Positions 47,847 through 57,479 are shown, counted from the stretch's first letter. The stretch: 64,000 bases of DNA from Candidatus Hydrogenedentota bacterium (GCA_034669905.1 JAXMOL010000040.1:1-64000); one strand, 5' to 3'. A program made the numbers and translations. The notes: a model not told the origin generated them from the sequence alone.

Positions 47847-50567
47847 TCAGTCCGCCGCGATGTGCACGTCGTCCACATAAACCGCGACCGCTTCGGTGCT
47901 ATTCGACACGAAGCCGAACCAGTCAAGGCTCCGAAAGTCCGACGAGCCACAGGATAAACCGACGCGCTCCACCGGTTCTTTTCCGGGAAGGGTCACGGTC
48001 AGGTCATAGGTGCCGTTGGCATCTTTACCCAGCCGACACACCAACGTGATGGTCACCCATGTATCGGCCGGTACCTCCATCACTTCATTCCCATTGGCCG
48101 TGAGCTTTCCAGCGCGATACCAGATGCTGGGGCCCGTCTGGTAGGGATTCCGATTGTCCCGCCATTCATGATAGAACTCCGCCCCCTCGCCAAATCGAAC
48201 GGTAAAGGAACCCCGCGCTGTACCGTATCGAAGACTGGGCACGTAATACATATGGGGGTTGTAAGATACCTTGAGTCCGGGCGCATCGCTGAATTTCAGA
48301 CTTTGCTTGCCCGATGACGCCACCGCGTCACTCACACGCACCGTTCCGGCGCCCTCTTCATTGGTCTGGGCTCCCGGTGCCACCGCATCCAAAGGCAGGC
48401 CTTCGAAGTCTTCGGCAATACGACGGGGCTCCGGTACAGGCGGAGGGCTGAAAGCGGGACGGGCGATCTTGCGGGGCTTCTGAACCCATTCGGCATCGCC
48501 ATAAAGACCGGCCTGGGTATAGTCAAAGGGTTTGAAGCCCAGGCGGAATGCCGGCGAATCGGCCTTCAGGCGAAAATCACCCCTCTCGGCATTTTCGAAG
48601 AGGGGATCAGCCACAATCGAAAAACGGTCGTGACCTTCTGCCTGCCATTCGGAAAAACTGCGACCGGAAAAATCCAACACCCCCGATTCTGTAACTTCCC
48701 GGGCCGTGCTCCAATACACGTTGCTGTCGAGATTAAAGTTCCCGTTCTTCCAGGTGCTGCCCAGCAAGTGATTGTTGTTGAAATAAACGATATTCCGGTG
48801 CACGAAAAAGGAGTTGTGCTCTTCCTCTCGGGAGCGAACCAGCTGGCCATTGTGGGAAAAGGCGAGGATGTTGTTAATGACCCGATTGTCTTTCCCATAG
48901 TGCTGATGGAGCGAACCGGTCCGTGTGTTGTAGACCAGGTTGTTTTCCGCTAGGATTCCGGTGCTGCCTTCGTCGAAATAGATACCCCAACCGCCCGAGA
49001 CCCGTGCATTGGAAATGACGTCGTGGAACACGTTATTCCGAATAACCGTGCCCGGCGAATCGCCCAGACAGTAGATACCCCCCGTGTCGCTCAACTGCCC
49101 CAGGGCGATATGGTGCACCCGGTTGTATTCAATGATGTTGTGGTGGGCCGTCGTGTCGGCATAGCCCCACGACCACCCCACGGAAATCCCCGTATAGCGG
49201 AAATCGCAAATCTCATTGTGGGAAAGTCGATTGTAGGAGCTGCGGCCAATCCAGACGCCGACGCCGCCTCGAAAGACCCGACCACCGTCGTGGATGAAAG
49301 AATTCTCCACCACGTTGCCTTCCACGGCTTCTGCCGGGCTGGCGGGACTTCCCCCTTCGCCGATGCGCACACCGCCCGCGCCCAGATCATGAATCTCGCT
49401 ACGCAGGAGTTGGTTATCCTGGCTGCCTGTGCGAAACCAGAGTCCATAACCACCCACGTGGCCCACTTCGCAGTCTTCGAAGACCACGTGTCGCGCGCCC
49501 ACGGCTTCCACCGCCGCCGGCACACTGTGGGCCGCCTGGGAATCGCTGTGTCCCTCGGCCTTCACGGTGAATTCGGTGTAATAAAACTTCAGCCCTTCAA
49601 AGCGCAGGTGCTCCACGAAGGCTCCCGCTTTGGGGTCCCCTTCGATACGTAGCAACTGCTTCGCCTCCGGCGCCACAACGTTGGCCTTCGTCATGTCTTC
49701 CCCTTCACGGGGCAGGTAATAGAGACGACCTTCCTGGCGATTCAGAAACCACTCGCCGGGCTGGTCCAGCCCTTCAAAGAGATGTTCAATATGGTAGCGC
49801 TGGTCCGCACGCCACCGACCAAAGCCCCAATTGGTATTGCCCGTAAAACTGATGGTGTTCTTTTCAGTGTCGATGGACTGGGGGCGCATCAGCGCCGTCT
49901 CCCAGGAGTGGTAGACCACGACAATGGCCTCTTCGAGACTATCCCAATCCTGAAGGTCCCCTTCCCGATAGCGAAACGCCGTCCCACTCCGGGTCGCTTC
50001 TTCTCCATCGACTTTCTTTTCCATCACCGGACCGGCCGCATAAAACAGCTCATCCCCTTCCGGAAAATCGCCGGCACCGTTCTTGCCATTGGGTGTCCGG
50101 GCAGGCGTGCACCGCACCCCATTCACCCACAGCTGGCTGAAACGCCAGTCGCCCGATGCCACCTCGGGAATATCTGCCACCCAGAATTTCCCCTCGGCCC
50201 GCCATCCGTCGATACGACGTCCCCCATGGACGACAACTTCGGCACCGTCGGCCGCCGCGTAGGTCACCGGAGCTCCTCCGCTGCCACCGTCCTCCGGGGC
50301 GAATACCAGCGCTTCCGGAATGAAGTATTCCCCACCCTGAATAAGCACCCGGGCACCCTGCTTCGCCGCTCCCAATACGCGGAGGGCATCTCGCGCCCCC
50401 GTCAGACTCGCCTTGGGACCATCCGTTTTACTGACATTGGGCGCCGCGATGCTACCCGACCACCCGTCGTTTCCTTCGGGAGACACATGGATGGTGGTAA
50501 CGGCCGCAGCCACCGAAAGGCTGCAGCAAAAGACGGCCACAAAAAAACCATAGCGATAGTACTTCAT
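47847..50567 (-). CDS. Secreted right-handed beta-helix protein (GH/lyase-like) with a C-terminal beta-sandwich
   Basis: Signal peptide; HVSP.GND.WSG, LDQPGEW, YTGISVGWSWG, SDTGGIY and WGIY.DEG; repeated parallel beta-helix coils. Confidence 0.85.
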   Translation of the reverse strand: MKYYRYGFFVAVFCCSLSVAAAVTTIHVSPEGNDGWSGSIAAPNVSKTDGPKASLTGARDALRVLGAAKQGARVLIQGGEYFIPEALVFAPEDGGSGGAPVTYAAADGAEVVVHGGRRIDGWRAEGKFWVADIPEVASGDWRFSQLWVNGVRCTPARTPNGKNGAGDFPEGDELFYAAGPVMEKKVDGEEATRSGTAFRYREGDLQDWDSLEEAIVVVYHSWETALMRPQSIDTEKNTISFTGNTNWGFGRWRADQRYHIEHLFEGLDQPGEWFLNRQEGRLYYLPREGEDMTKANVVAPEAKQLLRIEGDPKAGAFVEHLRFEGLKFYYTEFTVKAEGHSDSQAAHSVPAAVEAVGARHVVFEDCEVGHVGGYGLWFRTGSQDNQLLRSEIHDLGAGGVRIGEGGSPASPAEAVEGNVVENSFIHDGGRVFRGGVGVWIGRSSYNRLSHNEICDFRYTGISVGWSWGYADTTAHHNIIEYNRVHHIALGQLSDTGGIYCLGDSPGTVIRNNVFHDVISNARVSGGWGIYFDEGSTGILAENNLVYNTRTGSLHQHYGKDNRVINNILAFSHNGQLVRSREEEHNSFFVHRNIVYFNNNHLLGSTWKNGNFNLDSNVYWSTAREVTESGVLDFSGRSFSEWQAEGHDRFSIVADPLFENAERGDFRLKADSPAFRLGFKPFDYTQAGLYGDAEWVQKPRKIARPAFSPPPVPEPRRIAEDFEGLPLDAVAPGAQTNEEGAGTVRVSDAVASSGKQSLKFSDAPGLKVSYNPHMYYVPSLRYGTARGSFTVRFGEGAEFYHEWRDNRNPYQTGPSIWYRAGKLTANGNEVMEVPADTWVTITLVCRLGKDANGTYDLTVTLPGKEPVERVGLSCGSSDFRSLDWFGFVSNSTEAVAVYVDDVHIAAD

Positions 50568-50759
50568 AGATCGTTCCTTTAAGCAGTTTACCCCGCGCAG
50601 CACCCCCGCTCTGATTAGAGCATATGCTACGGCCCAACAACCAGCAGGATCGACCACGTCGCTGCATCTCCCCAGGAAGACAGGTCTTCGTCGTTGTCCA
50701 CGGCCTATCCCCCGTGCTACCGTTTTCGGATGATAAGTCCTACACACAGTCCACGTTCC

Positions 50760-52001
50760 ATGTCCCTGCTCCACCGAGGGCTGCCCCTCCTGTGCCTGCT
50801 CATCCTCAGCACGGCCCACGCCCAGCCGGCCAAGGGATTCAATGACCTCGGCACCGTCTATTTCCAAGAGGGGCGTTATGCAGATGCCCTGGAGCGTTTC
50901 AAACAGGCCCTGAAGCTGGCACCCGAGGTGCCGGCCATTCGCCGCAACATGGCCCTCTGCCACCAGGCGTTGGCGAACGAAGCCATGGAGAAAGACGACC
51001 TTGCACAGGCCATGGTCCATCTCGATCGTGCCATCGAGCTGGATCCCCGCTTTCCCGCACCCCATGCCCAGGCGGGCGCGTACCTGTTCACCGCAGAGCG
51101 CCTCGAGGAAGCACGGCCCTATTTGGAGCAGGCCCTGAAACTCGACAACGAGCAACTCGACGCCCGCGCCATGCTGGGCGAGATTTTCTACCGTGCCAAC
51201 GATCACGCCAAAGCCGAGACCCACTGGAAAATCGTGTTGGAAGCCAAACCCGACTGGCCCGGGCTGGCACAGCGACTCGAAAAGTTGCGTCGGGAAGCCC
51301 ACATCGAAGGCGACTTCAAGCGCTATCCTTCGGCCCACTTTGAAATCAGTTTTGGCGAAGTCCTTTCTGAAGCTACCCTCTCTCGCGTCTTCTACATCCT
51401 CGAGACGGCCTACCAGGAAATTGGCACAGAGCTCGGCGGCATATTCCCCTCGGAAACCGTGGAAGTCGTGTTATACGACGGCACCCAATTCGCCGATGCC
51501 ACCCAATCGGATCCCCACGTGGGCGCCTTGTTCGATGGAAAAATCCGCGCCCCCATCACCAACAAGGAAGGGCGCTTCCTCCAGAACGCCACCCTTAAGA
51601 GCCGTTTGCGCCATGAATACGTGCACGTGGTCCTGCGCCATCGTCTAGGCTCCAAGGTACCGTGGTGGTTTAATGAAGGCCTGGCCGAAACCCTGTCCCG
51701 CAAGATGGACCAAAGCCGCCTGCGCCTGGTCCGCAGCGCTTACCGGGGCAACGAGACCTTCCCCTTCGCCGACCTCGAGAACAACCCACGGGGACAGTAT
51801 TCGCCCCAACAGGTCTCGCTGGCCTACGCCCAGTCCCACGTCGCCGTCGCCCAACTCTGGAAAGAAGGCGAATCTAAATTCCCCGCCCTGCTCGAAGCCT
51901 TCGAAAAATCCCCCCGCTACGAAGACGCGCTAAAATCGGTACTCAACACCGACTACGCCACCCTGGAAAAACTGACTGAGGCCGCCAGTGGCGAAGAATA
52001 G
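50760..52001 (+). CDS. TPR-repeat protein with peptidase MA (gluzincin) domain
   Basis: Signal peptide; about four TPRs; HEYVH...PWWFNEGLAE. Confidence 0.88.
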   Translation: MSLLHRGLPLLCLLILSTAHAQPAKGFNDLGTVYFQEGRYADALERFKQALKLAPEVPAIRRNMALCHQALANEAMEKDDLAQAMVHLDRAIELDPRFPAPHAQAGAYLFTAERLEEARPYLEQALKLDNEQLDARAMLGEIFYRANDHAKAETHWKIVLEAKPDWPGLAQRLEKLRREAHIEGDFKRYPSAHFEISFGEVLSEATLSRVFYILETAYQEIGTELGGIFPSETVEVVLYDGTQFADATQSDPHVGALFDGKIRAPITNKEGRFLQNATLKSRLRHEYVHVVLRHRLGSKVPWWFNEGLAETLSRKMDQSRLRLVRSAYRGNETFPFADLENNPRGQYSPQQVSLAYAQSHVAVAQLWKEGESKFPALLEAFEKSPRYEDALKSVLNTDYATLEKLTEAASGEE

Positions 52002-52007
52002 GCCGTA

Positions 52008-52510
52008 GTGAGTTAGACGTCCCGTCCGACACATCACCTGTCCCGCATAACAACCTAAAGGGTGCCCCCCTCAAGCAGAGGAGCGAAGCGGGGGCGCTTG
52101 TGGGTATAAATCACCGCTTCAATCCAATCACCCGCAATCCCTCTCGGCAAACCCGCACCCCCAACGTCACCGGTCCTACATCACGCTCTCCTGAGTCTAA
52201 CGCCCCCCATTTCAGCCGGGACGGCTAAGCCACTGCCCCCCAACCGTGGGTTAGACGTCCCGTCTGACACATCACCTGTCCCGCATAACAACCTAAAGGG
52301 TGCCACCCTCAAGCAGAGGAGCGAAGCGGGGGCGCTTGTGGGTGTAAATCTCCGCTTCAATCCAAACACCCGCAATACCTCTCGGCAAACCCGCACCCCC
52401 AACGTCACCGGTCCTACATCACGCTCTATCAGAACCAACCTCTCCCCATCTCAGCCGGGACGGCTAAGCCACTGCCCCCCCAACCGTGGGTTAGACGTCC
52501 CGTCTGACAC
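52008..52510. repeat. Tandem array of 238-240 bp composite REP/REPIN-like units (two full, one partial)
   Basis: Units begin at 52008, 52246 and 52486 with GTG(A/G)GTTAGACGTCCCGTC(C/T)GACAC. They end with the inverted cousin TCAGCCGGGACGGCTAAGCCAC (52212-52233, 52451-52472). Confidence 0.9.
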
Positions 52511-52569
52511 GTGGAGTCTCTACGACATCAAATAGTCCATGTACTTGGACAAGGGATTTCGATTCTAAA

Positions 52570-52658
52570 TTCACCCTTCACCCTTCACCCTTCACCTTTC
52601 ACCCTTCACCCTTCACCCTTCACCCTTCACCCTTCACCCTTCACCGTTCACCCTTCAC
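52570..52658. repeat. Heptamer microsatellite (TTCACCC) x ~12.7
   Basis: Read directly; two variant units (TTCACCT, TTCACCG). Confidence 0.97.
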
Positions 52659-53665
52659 TCCGCCTTCGCCGCACGCTTCAACCAATAATCGGCCTTCTTC
52701 GTATCCCGGGGACATCCCGCTGCCCCGCCGTAGAGCTCCCCCAGTTGGTGCATGGACTTTACATGCCCCTTCGCCGCCCCCTTCTTAAACCAACGAATCG
52801 CCCGCCTCCAACGCTGGGGCACCCCCTCGCCATACTTGTACATGAGCCCGATGTTTCCCATGGCACGCTCGTTTCCCCGACGCGCCGCCTTGCGATACCA
52901 GCGCAAGGCCTTATCCCAATCTTTCTTCACGCCCTTGCTGTAAAAGTAGCAGTAACCCACGGTCACCTGTGCGTCGGCATCTCCCTGCACGGCGGCCTTC
53001 TCATACAAGGCGAAACCCTTCCGGCGATTCTTCTTGACACTTCGTCCCTTCCAATAGAAATCCCCCAATCGGCACAGGGCATCCATGTCCCCCTGCTTGG
53101 CGGCTTTGCCATACCATTCCCGCGCTTTCTTGTAGTTCCGCGCCACGCCACGGCCCCCTTCGTAGCATGAAGCCAGATTATACTGGGCCAGCGCATCTCC
53201 CTGTTTCGCCGCCTTTCGATACCAATACACCGCCTTCTTTCGGTCCCGTGCAACCCCCTTCCCCTTACTCAGCAAGTAGGCCAAGTTAAACTGGGCATCC
53301 ACATCACCCTGCTTCGCCGCCTGCTCATACCATCGGGCGGCTTCGGCTCGATCCCGTTTACAGCCCTCTCCGCGATTCCGCGCATGCCCCATAGAACACT
53401 GGGCACCAGCACATCCCCGCTCTGCCGCCGCACGATACCACCGGACGGCCTTCTTTTTGTTTTTACCTACCCCCTCCCCACACATAAACGCGTAGGCTAG
53501 CGCACACTGGGCATCCCCATATCCCGCCTTCGCTGCCTTACGAAACCACGTCACCGCCGCGTTCTTGTCGATCGGGGTTTTATCCCAATAGTGAAGCCCC
53601 AGATTATACTGGTCGGCAGGGTCACCTGATTCGGCCTTTGCCAGAAGTCGCTGACGTTTCTTCAT
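52655..53665 (-). CDS. Sel1-like repeat protein (~9 repeats)
   Basis: Recurring 36-aa AQ..L...Y..G.GV..D...A..WYRKAA.QG units. Confidence 0.93.
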   Translation of the reverse strand: MKKRQRLLAKAESGDPADQYNLGLHYWDKTPIDKNAAVTWFRKAAKAGYGDAQCALAYAFMCGEGVGKNKKKAVRWYRAAAERGCAGAQCSMGHARNRGEGCKRDRAEAARWYEQAAKQGDVDAQFNLAYLLSKGKGVARDRKKAVYWYRKAAKQGDALAQYNLASCYEGGRGVARNYKKAREWYGKAAKQGDMDALCRLGDFYWKGRSVKKNRRKGFALYEKAAVQGDADAQVTVGYCYFYSKGVKKDWDKALRWYRKAARRGNERAMGNIGLMYKYGEGVPQRWRRAIRWFKKGAAKGHVKSMHQLGELYGGAAGCPRDTKKADYWLKRAAKAE

Positions 53666-55509
53666 GATTTGCTGCCTTTCTGACCATCGAGGTCGCGCAG
53701 CGCCTTGACCGCATCCTCGTCGCCGTGCTCCAACGCCTTCCGAAACCAGAAACGCGCTCGGCGTTTACTTGCCTCCGCACCGTCTCCGTCACGATAGGCC
53801 TCCCCCAACGAGTACATGGACGCTTCGCAGCCTTGGGCAGCGGCCTTGTGGTACCACTTCAGCGATTCCACAGAGTCCTGCTCCACGCCCAGACCGCGAT
53901 GGAACGCATAGCCCACGTTGCATTGCGCGGCTGCTTTTCCTTGCTCAGCTGCCTTTTTGTACCAGAGGAAGGATTTTCGTCTATTTTTTGGAACGCCCTC
54001 ACCATTGAAGTATGAGTATCCCATCTCATACTGGGCCGACGCGTTTCCCCCCTCGGCGGCCTTGCGCCACCACCGGATTCCCTCGGGGCGGTTTTGTCGT
54101 CCGGCTTTCCCGTAGTACAACGAATAGCCCAGACTGTATTGGGCATAGGCATCCCCCTGCGCGGCCGCCTTCCGAAACCAGTAGGTGGCCTCCTTCCAAT
54201 CCGCCCGGCACCCTTTACCCCCGCCAAGGGCGTCGCCCAACAAGGCCTGTGCATCCGCATAGCCTTGCTTGGCCGCCTTGCGCCACCAGGCTACCGCGAG
54301 ACGATAGTTCTTCTTGCCCTCCGGTCCTACACGATACCGGAGTCCGAGATGGAACTGATGATAGGGATCGCCCTGCCGCGCCGCCCTTAGAAACCATTGC
54401 TTGGCCTCCTTAATATCTCGCGCACATCCTTTCCCATCCTCCAGGGCAATCCCCAGCTTGTGCTGGGCATCCGCATCGGCCTGCTCCGCCGCCTTGCGGT
54501 ACCAATAAACCGCCTTGACCCGATTGCGTCGGAGCCCCCGACCATACTCGTAGCACTCGGCCATAGAATACTGGGCCTCCGGCAACTCCTGCTCGGCGGC
54601 CCGCCGAAGCCAGCGAACCGACTCCTTCAGGTTCACCACACAGCCCTCACCCCGTTTCAGGCATATCGCAAGATTGAACTGAGCGTCACCATCCCCCTGC
54701 GCGGCCGCCTTCCCGTACCAGAAGAATGCCCGGCGATGGTTCTTGCGTACTCCGCGCCCCTCGTCATAACAGCACGCCAAACCGAACTGGGCATCCGCAT
54801 CGCCCTGCCGCGCAGCACGACGATACCAACGCACCGCCTCAGCGTCATCGGCCTTGCACCCCTCGCCCCGATATAACGCGTTCGCGAGGCAGAGTTGCCC
54901 GACCGCATCGCCCAATTCCGCAGCCGTCCTGAACCATCGCACCGCTTCCTTCAAGCGTTTCCGGGTGCCGTCGCCATCACGGTAGGTTATACCCAGATTG
55001 GTCATCGCATCTCTATCCCCCTGCTTCGCCGCCTTACGGTACCAGTAACGGGCCTCCTTCTTGTCCACGTCACAGCCCTCGCCAAAATCCAGGGCATAGG
55101 CCAGAAAGGACTGCGCGTCGGCGTCTCCCTGCCGGGCGGCCGTTCGGTACCAGTGGACCGCTTCCACCAAATCTACCGCGCATCCTTCCCCATGCTGCAA
55201 GGCCCACGCCAGATTGTATTGGGCATCCACATGCCCCTGTGCAGCCGCCTTCCGGTACCACTCCACAGACGCCGCAAGGTTCTTCCTAACGCCCTCGCCA
55301 CGGGCGTATCGACACCCCAGACAGAATTGCGCCGCCCCATGTCCCTGCGCGGCCGCCTTGCGAAACCAGATTACTGCCATACGTTTGTTAATAGGTTTTT
55401 TGCAGCAGAAGTGTCGTCCCAGCGCATGCTGCGCCTCCGGATCGCCAGACTTCGCCTGAAGTAGAAGCCGTTTACGTTTGGGCGCGGTTGAAGTGTGGGT
55501 AGATTTCAT
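53662..55509 (-). CDS. Sel1-like repeat protein (~16 repeats)
   Basis: Recurring 36-aa Sel1 units. Start placed at MKSTHT. ATGA overlap with the downstream paralog. Confidence 0.93.
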   Translation of the reverse strand: MKSTHTSTAPKRKRLLLQAKSGDPEAQHALGRHFCCKKPINKRMAVIWFRKAAAQGHGAAQFCLGCRYARGEGVRKNLAASVEWYRKAAAQGHVDAQYNLAWALQHGEGCAVDLVEAVHWYRTAARQGDADAQSFLAYALDFGEGCDVDKKEARYWYRKAAKQGDRDAMTNLGITYRDGDGTRKRLKEAVRWFRTAAELGDAVGQLCLANALYRGEGCKADDAEAVRWYRRAARQGDADAQFGLACCYDEGRGVRKNHRRAFFWYGKAAAQGDGDAQFNLAICLKRGEGCVVNLKESVRWLRRAAEQELPEAQYSMAECYEYGRGLRRNRVKAVYWYRKAAEQADADAQHKLGIALEDGKGCARDIKEAKQWFLRAARQGDPYHQFHLGLRYRVGPEGKKNYRLAVAWWRKAAKQGYADAQALLGDALGGGKGCRADWKEATYWFRKAAAQGDAYAQYSLGYSLYYGKAGRQNRPEGIRWWRKAAEGGNASAQYEMGYSYFNGEGVPKNRRKSFLWYKKAAEQGKAAAQCNVGYAFHRGLGVEQDSVESLKWYHKAAAQGCEASMYSLGEAYRDGDGAEASKRRARFWFRKALEHGDEDAVKALRDLDGQKGSKS

Positions 55510-55848
55510 CGAATCAATTCCTGAATTCGTCAAGACATAGTCCAAGTTAGCGGGAATGCTGTCGGGGGACGGTGGGAAGCAACGGGTCTGTGGGGCATTC
55601 ACATCTACGTATAGATGCACGTCACCCATCGGCTGGCGGACGCATTCGCCCGAAACGGTGCTTGTCCCCGAGGAGGAAGGACTATGACTGCTGGAATTGA
55701 TTCATGATAGGTCGTCTTCCTTAAACTGGCGAGGGAGTCGCCGACTGTCGTAATAGTACGACAGATTATGATGACTTGCAAGCGTTTCATTTATCATGAC
55801 AAAAAGATCCGGGAGCCACCGGACTACGGCGCGCCGGAGCCCCTCCGA

Positions 55849-56240
55849 CAGAGGAGCGAAGCAGGGGCGCTTGTGGGTGTAGACGATAACCCAGCGCAGC
55901 CGATCCCCGCATCACCGCCCAAAGGGGTGCCACCCTTACGCGGGGGAGCGAAGCGGAGGAGCTTACGGGTGTAGATCTCCGCGTCGACTCAAGCGTCTTC
56001 GATGCTCCCTGGATAGCCGCACCCGTAAGGCCGTTCGTACCTCACGTCCGTAAGGGTCAGCGACGCGCCGTAGGCGGGTGGCACCCCCAACGTCACCGGT
56101 CCTACATCACGCTCTATCAGAACCAACCTCTCCCCATCTCAGCCGGGACGGCTAAGCCACTGCCCCCCCAACCGTGGGTTAGACGTCCCGTCTGACACGT
56201 GGTATCGCTACGACATCAAAAAGACCATGTACTTGGCCAA
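55849..56240. repeat. Second cluster of REP-like palindromic elements, including a direct repeat of 52393-52552
   Basis: 56081-56202 matches 52393-52514. Nested inverted repeats at 55924-56087. The GAGGAGCGAAGC..GCTTGTGGGTGTA motif is shared with the left array. Confidence 0.88.
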
Positions 56241-56244
56241 GCGA

Positions 56245-56279
56245 TTCACCCTTCACCCTTCACCCTTCACCCTTCACCC
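56245..56279. repeat. Heptamer microsatellite (TTCACCC) x5
   Basis: Read directly; followed by degenerate heptamers TTTAAAC TTCAAAC. Confidence 0.95.
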
Positions 56280-56375
56280 TTTAAACTTCAAACTTCCCAT
56301 TGCTCCGCCACGAATCAACGCGATACAATGCCGCCTCAACATTCTCACCCCCAATCGACTTGAAGGAAATTCCCC

Positions 56376-57479
56376 ATGGGTGTACTCGCTGACCGTATGA
56401 GCCGTATTGATGCCAGTGGCATCCGCAAAGTTTTCGCCATGGCCGCCACCATGAAGAACCCTGTCAATCTCAGTATCGGACAGCCCGATTATGATGTGGA
56501 CGCCCTGGTCAAGGACGAGGCCATCGCCCAGATTCAAGCGGGATTCAATGGCTACACCCAGACCTGGGGCATCGAGGAATTGCGTGAGGGCGTGGCGGAG
56601 TATTATGACACCCGCTTCGGCGCCAGGGCCGAAAATGTGATGATCACCAGTGGCGTCTCAGGCGGTCTGTTCCTGACCCTCATGGCGACCATTAACCCGG
56701 GCGACGAAGTCATTTTCGCCGATCCCTATTTCGTCATGTACCCCCACCTGGTCAGCCTCCTCGGCGGTAAGCCCGTGCCGGTTTCCACCTACCCCGATTT
56801 CAAACTCACCCCCGAGCGGGTCGAGGCGGCCATCACCGACAAGACGAAAATGCTCATCGTGAACTCTCCCGGTAACCCCACGGGCGTCACCCTGAACAAG
56901 GCGGAAATGGAAGCCCTGGCGGCCGTCGCAAAGAAACATAATCTCCTCGTGATTACCGACGAGATCTATGAGGCCCTCCAATACGACGAAGACGCGGCGA
57001 CCATGGTCGGCATGTATGAAAACACCATCCTCCTCAACGGCCTGAGCAAATCCGCCGGCATGACGGGTTGGCGTCTGGGCTGGGCGGCGGGACCGAGCGA
57101 AATCATCCAGGCGATGAATACGCTCCAACAGTACACCTTCGTATGTGCCCCTTCTGTATTCCAGAAAGCCGCCGCCGTGGCCCTCAAGGCAGACATGTCG
57201 TCCAAAATCGCTGCCTATCGCGAAAAACGCGACATCATCTACACGGGCCTGAAAGACCATTTCGAGGTCACCAAACCCGGTGGCGCCTTCTATATATTCC
57301 CCGAGGCTCCGGGCAAGGACGGAGATGCCTTCGTGGCCAAGGCCATCGAAAACAACCTGCTGATCATCCCCGGCTCGGTGTTCAGCGCCGCCAAGACCCA
57401 CTTCCGAATCTCCTTCGCCGCCACCAACGACACCCTCCATCAGGGCCTGGAAATCCTTCACCGCATCGCCAAACCATAG
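56376..57479 (+). CDS. PLP-dependent aminotransferase class I/II
   Basis: Motifs LSIGQPD, NSPGNPTG, TDEIY, SKSAGMTGWRLG and PGGAFY. Confidence 0.94.
   Translation: MGVLADRMSRIDASGIRKVFAMAATMKNPVNLSIGQPDYDVDALVKDEAIAQIQAGFNGYTQTWGIEELREGVAEYYDTRFGARAENVMITSGVSGGLFLTLMATINPGDEVIFADPYFVMYPHLVSLLGGKPVPVSTYPDFKLTPERVEAAITDKTKMLIVNSPGNPTGVTLNKAEMEALAAVAKKHNLLVITDEIYEALQYDEDAATMVGMYENTILLNGLSKSAGMTGWRLGWAAGPSEIIQAMNTLQQYTFVCAPSVFQKAAAVALKADMSSKIAAYREKRDIIYTGLKDHFEVTKPGGAFYIFPEAPGKDGDAFVAKAIENNLLIIPGSVFSAAKTHFRISFAATNDTLHQGLEILHRIAKP

Noticed and set aside
50568..51338. N-terminal 257 aa of the 1163-aa ORF
   Set aside because: It overlaps the TPR-peptidase on the opposite strand. The real start, with RBS and signal peptide, is at 50567.
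52008..52510. CRISPR array
   Set aside because: The ~25-bp motifs are 238-240 bp apart, the intervening sequences are near-identical copies rather than unique spacers, and there are no cas genes.
52511..53170. 219-aa plus-strand ORF with SPFTLHP repeats
   Set aside because: It is a translation of the heptamer microsatellite plus the antisense of the Sel1 gene.
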